Shown one piece after another: positions 15,072 to 27,968 of a stretch of 64,000 nucleotides of DNA; within the stretch, counting starts at the first letter, position 1, and every line of letters begins with the position of its first letter. A program made the position numbers and the translations under genes. The stretch is from the human T2T-CHM13v2.0 reference genome, Homo sapiens, in assembly GCF_009914755.1 (NCBI RefSeq), contig NC_060928.1. One strand, given 5' to 3'. The notes beneath the pieces are model-generated. The model made no database searches, was not told the DNA's origin, and worked only from the letters and a program-made list of their open reading frames with translations.

Positions 15072-15389
15072 GGCCAGGAGCAGTGACTCATGCCTGTAAT
15101 CCCAGCACTTTCAGAGGCTGAGGTGGGCGGATCACAAAGTCAGGGGATTGAGACCATCCTGGCCAAAATGGTGAAACGCTGTCTCTACTAAAAATACAAA
15201 AATTAGCTGGGCGTGATAGTGTGTGCCTGTAATCCCAGCTACTCAGGAGGCTGAGGCAGGAGAATCACTTGAACCAGGGAGTCAGAGGTTACGGTGAGCC
15301 GAGATCGTGCCACTGCACTCCAGCCTGGCGACAGAGCAAGACTCCATCTCAAAAAAAAACAAAAACAAAAACAAAAACAAACAAAAAAA
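15072..15389 (+). mobile_element. Alu, AluSc5-like, full length with (AAAAAC)n tail
   Basis: ggccaggagcagtgactc...gaaccagggagtcag...cctggcgacagag; TSD agaataacct at 15062-15071 and 15390-15399. Confidence 0.95.
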
Positions 15390-15529
15390 AGAATAACCTA
15401 TGTCCTTTAAATTCTTTTTTTATTAATTTTAAAAATTTATATATGTTAATCACTGTTTTAATTGCTATACAATGTAAACATGCAATGAAACACCACAGTG
15501 TATCACATAAATTCTTGAGACGGTAATTT

Positions 15530-16140
15530 AGTTAATATTTTTCCATTTCAACTCACTGTTCTATACTCTGCTTTGTGCTGCTGGGATATGTGTCTGCAAA
15601 CCACATTTCAACTTTGCTGGCTAATTCTCAGTTAGGCTTTGTTAACGGGAGCATTAGATGGAGGATTCAAGGTTGGAGCTATAGCAAAACATCACATTGT
15701 ACTCCATAAATATATACAATTATTATTTGTCAATTCAAAATAAAATTTTTAAGAAGAGAGAAGAAACTGTTTCTTCCTGTTTGTGTGTTGTTCCTGCCAG
15801 CTTAACCCTGGCAATGACTGTTCACTCTGGCAGTAGCAGTTCATTCCAGAGGCATCAGTCAATTACACTTCTAGCTTTTCCCACATTTCCCACAGCAGCC
15901 CGCTCAGAAATGCCAGCAGCTGACAGCCAGAGGTTTGAGTCCCAGCTCCATAGCTTCTTCCCTTGATTCCCCAAGTTCTGGGAATAGTAGCTGCTTCTTG
16001 CAATTAACAACTCTGTGATACCTCAGTTTTCCTTTTTTGCCTTTTCAGTGCTCTAATACCTATTTAACACTTTTTATATTAATCTTCTGTTAGAATTACT
16101 AGTGTGGTTTTTATCTCCTCACCAGACCTTGACTTATACA
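15530..16140 (+). mobile_element. LTR33-family (ERVL) solo LTR
   Basis: ctgcaaaccacatttc...ctctggcagtagcagttcattccag...ends gaccttgacttataca; homologous to 45343-46005. Confidence 0.75.
15679..15753 (+). mobile_element. Very short L1MA-type 3' tail inserted in the LTR33
   Basis: caaaacatcacattgtactccataaatatatacaattattatttgtcaattcaaaataaaa is a typical L1MA terminus. Confidence 0.8.
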
Positions 16141-16869
16141 GTTCCTTCTCATCAAAGAAAGCCAAGAACATTTTTGTATATGATAATCATTTTTGAAATT
16201 TAGCAATCTCTCTACCCCATAGAACCATTTATACCATGACAGACAGTGCTTACTCAGCTAGGACAAAGGCAGATATTTTAAATAGCTAGATTAAAATTAA
16301 ACAAGAATGTAAAGTTTTAACATTAATACAGATAGAGAAATAAATGTAATTATGGTGAGAAAAATGATGGAGTGGCACCTACATTTGTGGTGTTTGTCCC
16401 TAGTTGATGAAACATGACATCGTTTTGTCCTAGGACTGAAGCAAGTTATTACCTGTGCATGAGGCTATATAACTTGCTTCTGATCTTCAGGACTTAACAG
16501 GTGTCAGCATAACCCTCCTCTGCAATGCTAGACCCAAAATTTAAAGAAAAATTTTCCCTGTTTTTCTCCTGCCTCCTCCTCTGTCTCCCATATATATGTC
16601 CCTCTGACCAGAGATTTCTTATAAGATTTGGCAATTAAACAAATCTTCCAGAAGCCCCAAGCCAAGAGCAAGAGGATAAAGAAAGTGAAAATTCTAAAGA
16701 TTGAGATTTGAAACCTTAGCCTTGGAAAAAGGGGAGAAGTGGTTCACCCAGAACAAAAATAAAACCCCAGAGTCAGTCAGTTAGATTTACAGAGAGCTCT
16801 GGAAAGTGCAGGTTGAAGGACTGGCTCAAAAAAAAAAAATCAGACTGTTCACCCTTTACATCTTTGTGG

Positions 16870-17035
16870 GTCAAGTTTTTATACACATTTCTCTACTTAA
16901 CCCTCATTACAACCTGCAGAAGCACTTACTGACCAATTTATGCATGATCACACAGCAAATAAACAGTAGCGCTCGATTAAAACTCAGGTCTGTCTAACTC
17001 CATAATCTCTGCTCTTGACACTATTCAATACTGCA
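16870..17035 (-). mobile_element. MIR fragment
   Basis: cttaaccctcattacaacc...atcacacagcaaataaacagtag...aactcaggtctgtctaactcca. Confidence 0.7.
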
Positions 17036-18402
17036 TTCTGTTGGGAGGAGATAAAGGCAATTACAAGGGATGATGTAGGAGTGGGACACTGATCATCAGC
17101 ATGATGGAGAGAGGGGCTGCAGGGATAGACGGTAGGTAAACAGACAGACAGACAGATAGATAGTTACATCTTACTTACCTCTCTGTTCCTGATCTTAGAC
17201 CAGCTTAAATGCACCTTCTGCTCCCCTCAATGGACAGCACAATAAAAGATCCAACCCAACATTTCCGGATGTAGGAAATATTGAATGTGTCAGTGCACCA
17301 AGGTTGGTGTCTTTTCATGATGCTCAAAACCAGGGAGCTCTAGCAGAAACTGAATTCTATTGTCACAGGCCTATTATAAATTTACAGAGTTAAGCTCTTA
17401 CATAATATTCAATCATTCTTTCCGAAAAGTTCATAAAATATTTCACAGTTCTTTGGCATATGGATAAATCTTTCATAGCTGACAGAAACAGATAGAAATA
17501 AGCCACAAGACAAAAGGAAATAGACTACAATAAAATGGTCAATATTTCCCAGGTGCCATTTTAAGAGAAAGTGTGATGCAAGGAAACTCTAAGCTGTGAG
17601 AATTCTTTCTATACTTTTAAAATCACCCTTTTAAAATGCACATTTGGTCAGAAAGTCAAAATAGAACCATTTAAAATTAGTAGTATGAAATATAAAATGA
17701 GAATGGGGAAATATCGTAAATGTCTTTCAGGGAAATACTACAAGTTAGCAAAATAAGCACGTAAAGCAAGTATATAAATGAGGTTTTCATTCTAAGCTAA
17801 TGGCTTGAGTGAGGTTACAAGTGGTTGGCTGTGAGTGAAAGAAAAACAGAAAAGAGAACTGTGTCTCTTGTTATATGTGGTAATCCAGGGTGCATATGAC
17901 TCTACAGAGAGGAATTACTTGATGTTATTGCATAACCAAATAACCCTCACAGAGATGTCCCAAGGCTACACCACAGCTTCCCATTTTCCTGCCCTGGGAT
18001 CTTCTGATCCGTAAATTCTCCCCAAGCTAATTTTGCCTGTGTTGACATGACGTGAGCACTTTGTTTTGTTTTATTTTTGCATTCCAAACTATACATCTGT
18101 CTTTGGATTTTTTTTTTTTTTTGAGGCCTCCTTTTAACGCACTGGTCTCACACTAAATGCCCCACTACAGGAAGGGAATACAATGTCTCTACTTTGCATG
18201 TTTCCTATTTGGTCCATCAGATGTCACATGAGGCATAAATCTTGGCAGAATTAAGTGGGTTTCATATAAACTTTAAAAGTATATCTCAAATAAAAGAATA
18301 TAGACTTATTCTTCAGAAATCAGGGAATCCATCATATGACACAATGCAACAACAGCCGAGACATTAAAAGAATTTGAGTGAAGGTGGTAGCACTTAGAAT
18401 GA

Positions 18403-18666
18403 AAATAATAATAGTAGACAAGCTTTATTGAGCTAAACTTTCTATGCTGGGCAGTCATCCGAGGTCATAACATACATTATGTTTTAATCATCAGAATGAT
18501 TCTGTGAGATCATATGCTAATAATATTACCTTCCCCAATTTACAAATGAGGGAACCAAGGATCAGAAGCTTAAAAACATTGCCCAAAGTCACAGAGCTAG
18601 ATCATAGCAAACTTAAGCAGTTTGTCTCCAGAGGCCACACCCTTAACCACTCTGCACATTGCCTCT
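18403..18666 (-). mobile_element. MIR (MIRb-like), near full length
   Basis: tttattgagc...ccccaatttacaaatgagggaacc...ttgcccaaagtcacagagctag...cttaaccactctgcacattgcctc. Confidence 0.88.
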
Positions 18667-18714
18667 CAGTATGGGTAGAAAGAGCAAGAAATGCCACTTA
18701 GGTGTATTGCACCT

Positions 18715-19207
18715 AATGGCAACTATTAATAGATACAGGAAAATGGAGGAGGAGTAAGTATGACTCCAAAGTTAGAGGACAAGAAGAATGCTGTCACCAG
18801 AGGAAATGAAGAGTGTTTGGGAAATGCTGAGTTTAAGTTCCAGCACAACTACCAGGTTGAACTCTCAAGCAAACATCTAGACATACTTACTCAGAGCTCA
18901 GAGGGAAGGCCTGAAATAGATATTTGGGAGTAATCTTCACAGAGGTGATATGTGAAGATAAGAAATGGGAAAGATACCCAAGGAAAATAATGAAAAACAA
19001 GATATATAACCTTAGTGAACGTTTCCACTGAGATGGTAGAAATAATGGTAGAAAACTGGGACAGGGCTGTAGTCCAGTAGAAAGAAAATTTGAAGGGGCA
19101 GAGGTCAAATACTCTATAAGACAGAAAAATGAGAACTGAGATAGTCTTCCGCATTTGACATTTAGAAGGTACATCAAGAACTTCAAGACTGGTTTCATTT
19201 AGTGGTA
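18715..19207 (-). mobile_element. L2 LINE fragment
   Basis: gagctcagagggaagg...agatatttgggagtaatc...aaatgagaactgaga...atttgacatttagaaggt, antisense L2 pattern. Confidence 0.7.
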
Positions 19208-19244
19208 AATATTTTTATTATATATGCAATGTAGATAAAGGCAA

Positions 19245-19445
19245 AGTAAAAGATATATTCATCAAATCTATAGATGTCATAAGGAAATAAACATTAATGT
19301 CAAATGACTAAACATTGAAAAAAATATTTAATGTACTATAAGGAAAGCCAAAGTTCACATAATAAAATTTAGCAGGGGAAGGAAAATATTGTGTATAGTC
19401 CAGAAAATAAATTTCCCACAAAATCTATCAGAAAGTGAATTATCA
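19245..19445 (+). mobile_element. L3/CR1 fragment
   Basis: catcaaatctatagatgtcata (IKFADD-like region) and aaaatttagcagggg. Confidence 0.5.
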
Positions 19446-19778
19446 GTAATTCATTTAAAAATTTTTTAATTAAAAATTTTTTTTATTATAAAGCGACTAT
19501 AATCACATTATGAAATATCTATTCAAATAGATTTTTTAAACCAAGAAAAATAACCTTATATAATTTCAACACCCTAAGAAGATCAGGGTCAGCATTGGTA
19601 GGTTTACATATAAGTCTTTGGTTTCCTCTATATGTTTTATGCAGGGAAGCAATGTAGGGTAGATACAATTTTATATACGACTTTTTTCACTTAACATTAT
19701 ATCACTTGAAACTTATATACTATAATATTATATTCATATTTATATGTCTTAATGGTTATATAATAATTTTCCAACTAG

Positions 19779-20147
<369 letters not shown>

Positions 20148-20477
20148 TAACATTATTTTTAATATCATTTAACATTATTTGTTTTCAATTTTTCATTTGG
20201 GATGCAAAATTATACTGACTTTGTGAATCCAGTTGGGATAATTTTAATATTTTTTATTTGCAAATGTTACATGGAGTCACCTATAAAAACAACATATATC
20301 CACAATCTCAAGAAAAAATTCCTTAACAGCACTTCTAAATTTGTTCACCATTTGTTGAATTTTTTTTCAAGTCTCTAACTTATTATTTAACTTTTGGTGT
20401 TTCATATTATCCCAGGATTTTTCCCATTTAATTTTGATTCTATAGATTTATTAGCCTAGAATTGTATTTTGCAGGAC

Positions 20478-20703
20478 GCAATAATTTTTTTCTATAGAGG
20501 GGCAAATGGCAAGTATTTCAGGTTTTATGATCTATATCATCTCTGTCCGACTAATCAACTCTGCTGTTATGTACAGAAATAGATTATGTAATCAAATGAG
20601 AATGGCTGTGTTTCAATAAAATATTATTTGACATAAATTTAAATTTTTTATTATTTTTGATGCCATTTTTTGACATACAAATCTGTAAAATCATTCTAAG
20701 TTC
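20478..20703 (+). mobile_element. MER58B-like (hAT-Charlie) fragment
   Basis: ttttctatagaggggcaaatggcaagtatttcagg...tcaactctgctgtt...atggctgtgtttcaataaaa. Confidence 0.7.
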
Positions 20704-21670
20704 ATATTCCTTCCAAGGTGAAGGTCATACTGCTGTCTGACTCCCTCTACCACTCAGAAAGAAATAGTCTCTAATGGCCCTGTTTAGATTGTAGAGATAA
20801 CATGTACCTTTTCCGGGCATGCGACTCTGACCTTTTTCCAAGTAACCCAAAAAGCCGTCAGTTTTGAGTGGCACTCAGAACAAGATACAGCACTGCATCT
20901 TTTCAAGGATGACCTGCAAGCTGCTCTGAGACTTGAGTTATATGATCCAGTTAAAGCACTGGTGCTTCAAGTCTCTTTGGCAGATAGGAATGCTGTACAG
21001 AGCTTTTATCAGGCCCTTACAGGTAAATCACAGCACAGACCTGTTAGATCTTAAGCAATGCTCTGCCTTCCTCTGGAGATCATGATTCTCCTTTTGTCAT
21101 ACCATAAGGCCTTAGTAGACGTGAATACTTGATCATCAACCATGAAGTTACCATGTGACCTGAGATTCCTATCATGGATTGAGTGTTGTCTGAATCATCA
21201 CACCATAAATTTGGGCCTGTGCTGTAGTTTCATCATCAAATAGAAGTAGAATATACAAAATCAGGCTTGAGAGGTCCTGAACCTACAAGTAAGCTGCATG
21301 AGCAAGTGACTCAGATATCCATGGACCCTATTCTTGCTACATTATCTCCTCTCCTCTCCTCTCCTCTCCTGCAACCTGCATCTGTGTTCTCATGGGAAGT
21401 GCCTGTGACCAGCTGACTAAGGAAGAAAAAAATTGGCTAGGTTTAGAGATGGTTCTACATGATATGCTTGTAATACCCAAAATAGACAACTACAATCCTA
21501 CAGCTCACTCTGAAGAGACCATGAAAGAAAATCAGGAAGTTGCATCTTCTCTATAAACATGATTTCAAGCAGATATGATTGTTTGCATTGCCTGGAAAGA
21601 GAGATTGCCAGTGATGTGTCCCATTTCATGAATGGAGGCTGATAGCTTTCCCAGCCACCCAGGAACTTTC
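20704..21670 (+). mobile_element. ERVL internal (pol RT-connection/RNase H) fragment
   Basis: attccttccaaggtgaagg, cagttttgagtgg, caagctgctctg, ggcagataggaatgctgt, gttaccatgtgacctgag, agatggttctacatgatatgc match ERVL pol; heavily decayed. Confidence 0.85.
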
Positions 21671-21934
21671 TGCAACTCAAAAAATGCAGAGCACCAGAGG
21701 CTGCTCCTCACACTATCCATTCTTAGAATGGATTATACCTTCCAGAACCCCATGCCCCACTGCCTGTCCCCTTCACCAGAGGCCATGCTTCATATACTAG
21801 AAATTATAGTCCCTGAATAAATATAGAAAGATAATATTGCAAGGATGGTCTGGAAAGAAGTCAGTTGGCCTTGTTCAACTTATAAAACAATTCTTATACA
21901 ACGAAACATTTGCTACTGGCTTTCTACTTGATGG

Positions 21935-22008
21935 AAGTTTGTATCTCTGAACAGTAGATAAGTTTGTATCTCTGAATAGTAGATAAGTTTGTATCTCTGA
22001 ACAGTAGA
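21935..22008. repeat. 25-bp tandem repeat x3
   Basis: aagtttgtatctctgaa(c/t)agtagat three times, no spacers. Confidence 0.95.
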
Positions 22009-22099
22009 AGAAATAGAAAGTTACGCTTTTTATATCTGAAATTCCTGTTTTGATTCAGGCCTCATTCACTTTTAGCAAGTCAAGACCTCGTCTATAGTC

Positions 22100-22625
22100 T
22101 AAAATAAAATTGGTTAATTTTTTATATTAAGGCATTTTCAAAATTATTTTGATTGAAATATGGGGGAAAAATTAAATGATGCTGGCTAAATGATATTGTA
22201 ACGAAGTAATAGCTACTTCTTCAATAACAGGGACTTTAATAAAATAATTTATCTAGAAGAGTACATCCTGGATGCCGAAAGAACTGGAAGCCATTCTACG
22301 TGAACAGTAGTAGAGATAACACTTTACACCCAACAAAGAGCAGACAAACATCTGAGGCACCATGACAGAATGGCTGCCTTCAAAGACTTAAAGATATTTG
22401 AGATAAGAGATAGATCAAAGTATCAAAAAGTAGACCTATCAATTGATACAACTGATTAAATTAAAATGTACGTTTTGATTCAATACAAAAAAAAAGAGCT
22501 GCTCTAAAGAATTATTCAAGCAGAGGCTGGATATCAACTATCATGGATTCTATAAAAGGGATCCTTGCACTGAGTAGAAGGTTGGTCTATTCTACGTAAT
22601 AATCTAAGGTCTCATCAATGTTTTA
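22100..22625 (+). mobile_element. L3/CR1 3' fragments
   Basis: ttcaagcagaggctggat...aagggatccttgcactgagtagaaggttgg...ctaaggtc resemble the L3 terminus. Confidence 0.5.
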
Positions 22626-23439
22626 ATTTCAAGAGAAAAACAATTCCTCTGAACTACAAAAGAGGGAGTTTATTCTATTCTAGCCTGTAACACTGGTGTT
22701 TTGGTTTTTTTAAAAAAATGAGATATTGAATGAGGATTTTGTGACTGCAAAATAGCAAGTGACATATTAGAAGGCTTGTTTGCTAATTGGCAGGCAAATA
22801 AGTATTCCTATAAATTCGTCTAGACCAAATGACAAGTAGAAAGATGTTTCCCGGAATATCCCCCCTAAGCCACCTAATATATAACTAAGTTCTGATGCAT
22901 ATGGTAAAAGTGAGTCTCACTTGGCAGAGAAACTCAACACACCATGGGAAGAATCACAAGACTTAACCATATTGTGGATTAAAATTTTCTTTTAAAACTT
23001 GCTAAAAGAAATATTTTTGAAGCACTGACTTTCTGGATATTGAATGCTTAGACACTGGAAATACTTAGAAATGTGATACACCTGCTTTTCTTCAAAGACT
23101 TCCAGACTCAAGGGTCCAGTTATGGTCATTTGGAAGAACTATGGTTTCTAATCATTAATTCTGCACACATTGTTTTGTTCTGTAGGTTTTATATATGAAC
23201 GTAAGCAAAGTGAAGCAAAAGAGAAATGAATCAGTGGTTCAAAATTCTCTTACATTCAGTCTATCCAAGTGGCAGGAGATATGTCCACTGTGTGAGTTGA
23301 CTCTCAGGGTCTCACACATAGACTCCTAAAATGTACCTTCTTTTGAATTATCCAAGTTTATCAAGCTCCTAGTAACTTTACTTGATGGTACTAAAGAAAA
23401 AAATAATCTCTAACCTCTAACACTATCATTCATACTTGG

Positions 23440-24070
23440 TGTGATGGTTAATATTAACTGCCAACTTGACTGAAGGATACAAAGTATTGTTTCTGGGTGT
23501 ATCCCAGTGTTTCTGGGTGTTGCCAGAAGAGATTAACATTTGAGTCAGAGGACTTGGAGAGGAAGACTCATTCTCAGGAAGACCACCCACAATGTGGGTA
23601 GACACCATCCAATCTGCTGCCAGGGTAGCTAGAAAAAGGCAGAAGGTGGAAGAAGCTGACTTGCTGAGTCTTCCGGCTTTCATCATTCTCCCGTGCTGGA
23701 TGCTTCCTGCCCTTGAACATCAGACTACAAGTTCTTTAGCTTTTGGACTCTTGGACTTACATCAATGTTTGCCAAGGGCTCTCCAGCCTTCGCCACAGAC
23801 TGAAGGTTACACTTTCGGCTTCCCTACTTTTGAGGGACTTGGGCTAGCTTCATTGCTCCTCACTTTGCACATGGTCTATTGTGGGACTCCACCTTGTGAT
23901 CATCTGAGTCAATTCTCCTTAATAAACTCCCCTTCATATAGACATCTATCCTATATATAGGATATATGGACTTGTATCCTATATATAAGATATATGGACA
24001 TGTATCCTATATATAAGATATATGGACATCTATCCTATAGACATCTGTCCCTCTAGGGAACCCTAATATA
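23440..24070 (+). mobile_element. MLT2A2-like (HERV-L) solo LTR
   Basis: tgtgatggttaatatt...gagattaacatttgagtcag...aataaactccccttcatata...ctgtccctctagggaaccctaatata; perfect 5-bp TSD cttgg at 23435-23439 and 24071-24075. Confidence 0.95.
23941..24039. repeat. 28-bp minisatellite, ~3.5 copies, inside the MLT2A LTR
   Basis: unit gacatgtatcctatatataagatatatg. Confidence 0.92.
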
Positions 24071-24084
24071 CTTGGTAACTTTGG

Positions 24085-24850
24085 CACAAACCCTTTTATG
24101 GATATCTTTTTCCAAGCTCCCATTCCTTTCTAATTGACTCCCTCTCTCCACCCTACTTCTCTACTAGGTCCTTCACTGACCTCAAGAGTATCTCTGTTCT
24201 GAGTAAATTGTCAACGTCCTCCATTTTTACTGGTACACTTTTCCAATTCTTCTCCTTCATCTCAGCCAGCCTCTTCGATAAACATTAGTCTTCACATTAA
24301 GTTCAATATAATTGTCAAAGAGGAAGAGTTTTACTTAATATATTGTCTTTATCAATCAGTAACCACATTTTTTTGACAATTATCTAATGTGTTTCTAGTA
24401 TATACTTGCCCTGAATTTCTTTCCTCCAGCCAATACCTTCTTCTCCATTCCTTTTCATTTGTTTTCTCCTGATCACCTGGGTAAAGTAATCCAAGGCTGA
24501 TGTTTCATTAGCCCTCTTTCCCTCTCCAACCACTAATCAAGTTCTATTCATCCATTCTTCACTAATATCACTCACATCTGTTCTTTCTTTGCATTTCTAA
24601 AACATCTCCATAGTTTCACTTACTGCCTGTCACTATGGCCATTGCTTCCTATTCAGGATCCCCTCTTGAAGTTTATCTCAAATCCCTTTAACCCTACATA
24701 TCACTTCTAAATGAATCACTTTTTGATCAGTAACATGGATGCCTCTCTGCTCCTAGTAACTTTACTTGATGGTACTAAAGTAAATTCATTTAAAACCTTT
24801 GGCTTAACATTCAAGGCCCCACGTGCTGTACATCTACCTACCAAGCCACA
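24085..24850 (+). mobile_element. L2 LINE fragment
   Basis: pyrimidine-rich L2 pattern; ...gcctctctgctc...cctttggcttaacattcaaggccc. Confidence 0.6.
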
Positions 24851-25542
24851 CATACAACCATCAAACGGATATGCCTCGAGTTCCTGCTTAAAGTTCTTCA
24901 GTCATTTTCCAATGCCTAAAGAATTCAATCCTGGGGAAGATGTAGGTGCAATGTTTCTTCTCCACTCCTCTTGTCTTCTGAACACTAGGTCTTTTAACCT
25001 ACTTCTTAATCCTCTTCATTGAAGTAGCATTCATTTTCTGATGGAGAAGTTTGAGAAAGACTAATTCCTTTCTCTTCTTTCTCAGTGGAACTCTTAGAGG
25101 CAGATATTCTGTCCTGCTCCTCTTTACAATACTCCATATGTGGTGGTATGTGGCTGTTTGGTGCTGCCTTTGACAAAGTGAATAAATCTACCTAATTCTG
25201 GGCTTCAGTCCAAGGAAGCCCACCATTGCCACATATCTATGCTATTTTCTATCATGTGAGCCTTGTTGTCAAGAAAGCGGATATTTAGTTTTGCTGACTC
25301 CATTGTATCATGTCATTTACAGGCCCCCTCAAAGTCCAAGACACTTAATGTTTCTTATTCTGCTCACCTTTGGCATCATCTCTATCACTGTCTCTGTGTA
25401 TCCTGTGCACCTGCCACGCTATTTGTCACTTCCCAGATGTGCTTGCTTGTGCTCATCAACATAGCTGTGAATATGTCATTTCTTCTATTTGTGAAACTCT
25501 TGCCCAGTATTCAAAAGCATCAAGACAATTAGTATTTTATTA

Positions 25543-27968
25543 CAGTCACAGCTTATTTTACAATGCTTCCCAGTTATTGTATTTTTTACAAATTGAAGGT
25601 TTGTGACAACCTGGTGTCAAGCAAGCCTATTGACACCACTTTTCCAACAATGTGGGCTCACTTCATGTCTCTGTCACATTTTGGTAATTCTTGAAATATT
25701 TCAAACTTTTTAATTATTATATCGGTTATGTTAATCTGTGATCAGGGATCTTTGATGGTACCATCATAACTGTTTTGGGGCACCATGAATTGTGTCCACA
25801 TAAGATGACAAACTTAGTAAATGTATGTGTTCTGACTGCTCACTGACCAATCGTTCCCTCATTTCTCTCCCTCTCCTCAGGCCTTCTTGTTCCCTGAGAC
25901 ACAATAATATTAAATTTAGGCCAATAAATAACCCTACAATGACCTCTAAGTCTTCAATTGACAGAAAGTGTCGCATGTTTCCCACTTTAAGTCAAAAGCT
26001 AGAAATAATTAAGCTTAGTGAAGAAGGCATATTGAAAGCTGAGAAAGGCTGAAAGTTAGGCCTCTTGTATCAAATAATTAGCTAAGTTGTAGATACACAG
26101 AAAAAGTTCTTGAAGAAAATTAAAAGTGCTATTCCATGAAGTATAAGAAAGTGAAACAAACAGCCTTATTGCTCATATGGAGAAAGTTTCGGTAGTCCAA
26201 ATAGAAGATCAAACCAGCCATAATATTCCCTTCAGCCAAAGCTTAATTCAGAGCACCCCCTAACTCTCTCCAATTCCATGAAGGCTGAGAGAAGTGAGAA
26301 AGCTGCAGAAGAAAAGTTGAAAGCTAACAGAGGTTGGTTCATGAGGTTGAAGGAAAGAAATCATTTCCATAAAATAAAAGTCCAAGATGAAACAGCAAAT
26401 GCTGACAGAAAAGCTTCAGCAAATTATGCAGAAGTTCTAGCTAAGATAACTGATGAGGGTGGCTACACAGCCACCATTGTAGATTTTCAAATCATTAAAC
26501 ATTCTTAATGTAGACAAAAAAAAGCCTTATTGGGAAAAAGATACTTTCTAGGACATTCAGAGCTAAGGAGGAGAAGTCAATGCCTTGCTTCAAATCTCCA
26601 AAAGACAAGCCTACTCTCTTGTTAGGGGCTAATTCAGCTGGTAAATAAGTTAAAGCCAATGCTTATTTATTATTCTGAAAATCCCAGGGGCCTTAAGAAT
26701 TATATTAAATCTACTCTGCCTGTGCTCTTTAAATGGAACAACAAAGACTGGATAACAGTACAACTGTTTACAGCATGTTTTCTCAATATTTTAAGCCCAA
26801 TGTTGAGAACTAATGCTCATAATAAATATCTTTTCAAAATATTATTGCTCCTTGACAATGCACTTGGTCACTCAAGAGCTCTAATAGAGATGTACAAGGA
26901 GATAAATGTTGTTTTCATACCTGCTAACACACACCCATTCTGCAGTCCATCGGTCAAGGAGTAATTTTGACTTTAAAATCTTACTATTTAAGAAATATAT
27001 TTTGTAAGGCTATAAGTGTCATGGATAGTGATTTATCTGATGAATCTGGGTGAAGTAAATTGAAAACCTTCTGGAAAGAATTCACCATTCTAGATTCCAT
27101 TAAGAACATTCGTGATTCATGAGAGAAGGTTAAAATATCAACATTAACAGGAATTTAAAAGAAGTTGATTCCAACCCTCATGGATGACTTGGAGGGGTTC
27201 AAGACAAGAGGAGAAAGTAACTGCTTGTATGGTGGAAATAGAAAGATAATTAGAATTAGAAGTGAAGCCTAAAGATGTGACTGAATTACTGAAATCTCAT
27301 GATAAAACTTGAATGAATGAGGAGTTGCTTCTTATGGATAAGCAAAAGAAAAGTGGTTTCTTGAGATGGAATCTATTTGTGGTGAAGATGCTGTGGATAT
27401 TGTTGAAATGACAAAAATGATTTAGAATATGACATAAATTTAGTTAATAAAGCAGCAGCAGGGTTTGAGAGGATTGACTCCAATTTTGGAAAATATTCTA
27501 TTGTGGGTAAAATACTATCAAACAGCATCACATGCTACAGAGAAATCTTTTGTGAAAAAAAAGAGTCAATTGATATGCCAAACATTATTGTTGGCATACA
27601 ACTTCAAGACTTCAAACCTGTTGGTTTACTTCAAGAAGCTGCCACAGCCAACCAAACCTTTAGCAACCATCACCCTGATAGTTAGCAGTCATTGACATTG
27701 AGGAAAGACCCTCCACCAGCAAAAAAAAAAAAATACGGCTTGCTGAAGGCTCAGATGATAGCACTTTTTAGCAATAAATTATTTTTAACTAAGGTATATA
27801 CATTTTTAGACATAATGCTATTGCACACTTAATAGACCTCAGTATAATGTAAAAATAACTTTTATATACACTAAGAAACTAAAAAAATCATGTGACTTGC
27901 TTTTTGTGATAGTTCACCTTACTATGGTGGTCTGGAACCAAACCCACAGTATCTCTGAGGTATGCCTA
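25543..27968 (+). mobile_element. Tigger1 DNA transposon, essentially full length
   Basis: degenerate left TIR cagtcacagcttatttta, right end tctctgaggtatgccta, TA on both sides, ~2.43 kb, transposase remnants. Confidence 0.95.
25940..27430 (+). pseudogene. Decayed Tigger1 (pogo/CENP-B-like DDE) transposase
   Basis: ORF pieces TLSQKLEIIKLSEEG (HTH), EEKLKANRGWFMRLKER, PRGLKNYIKSTLPV, KILLLLDNALGH, broken by stops and frameshifts. Confidence 0.9.

Noticed and set aside
21935-24039. 25-bp and 28-bp repeats as a CRISPR-like array
   Set aside because: Head-to-tail with no unique spacers, no cas genes, mammalian context
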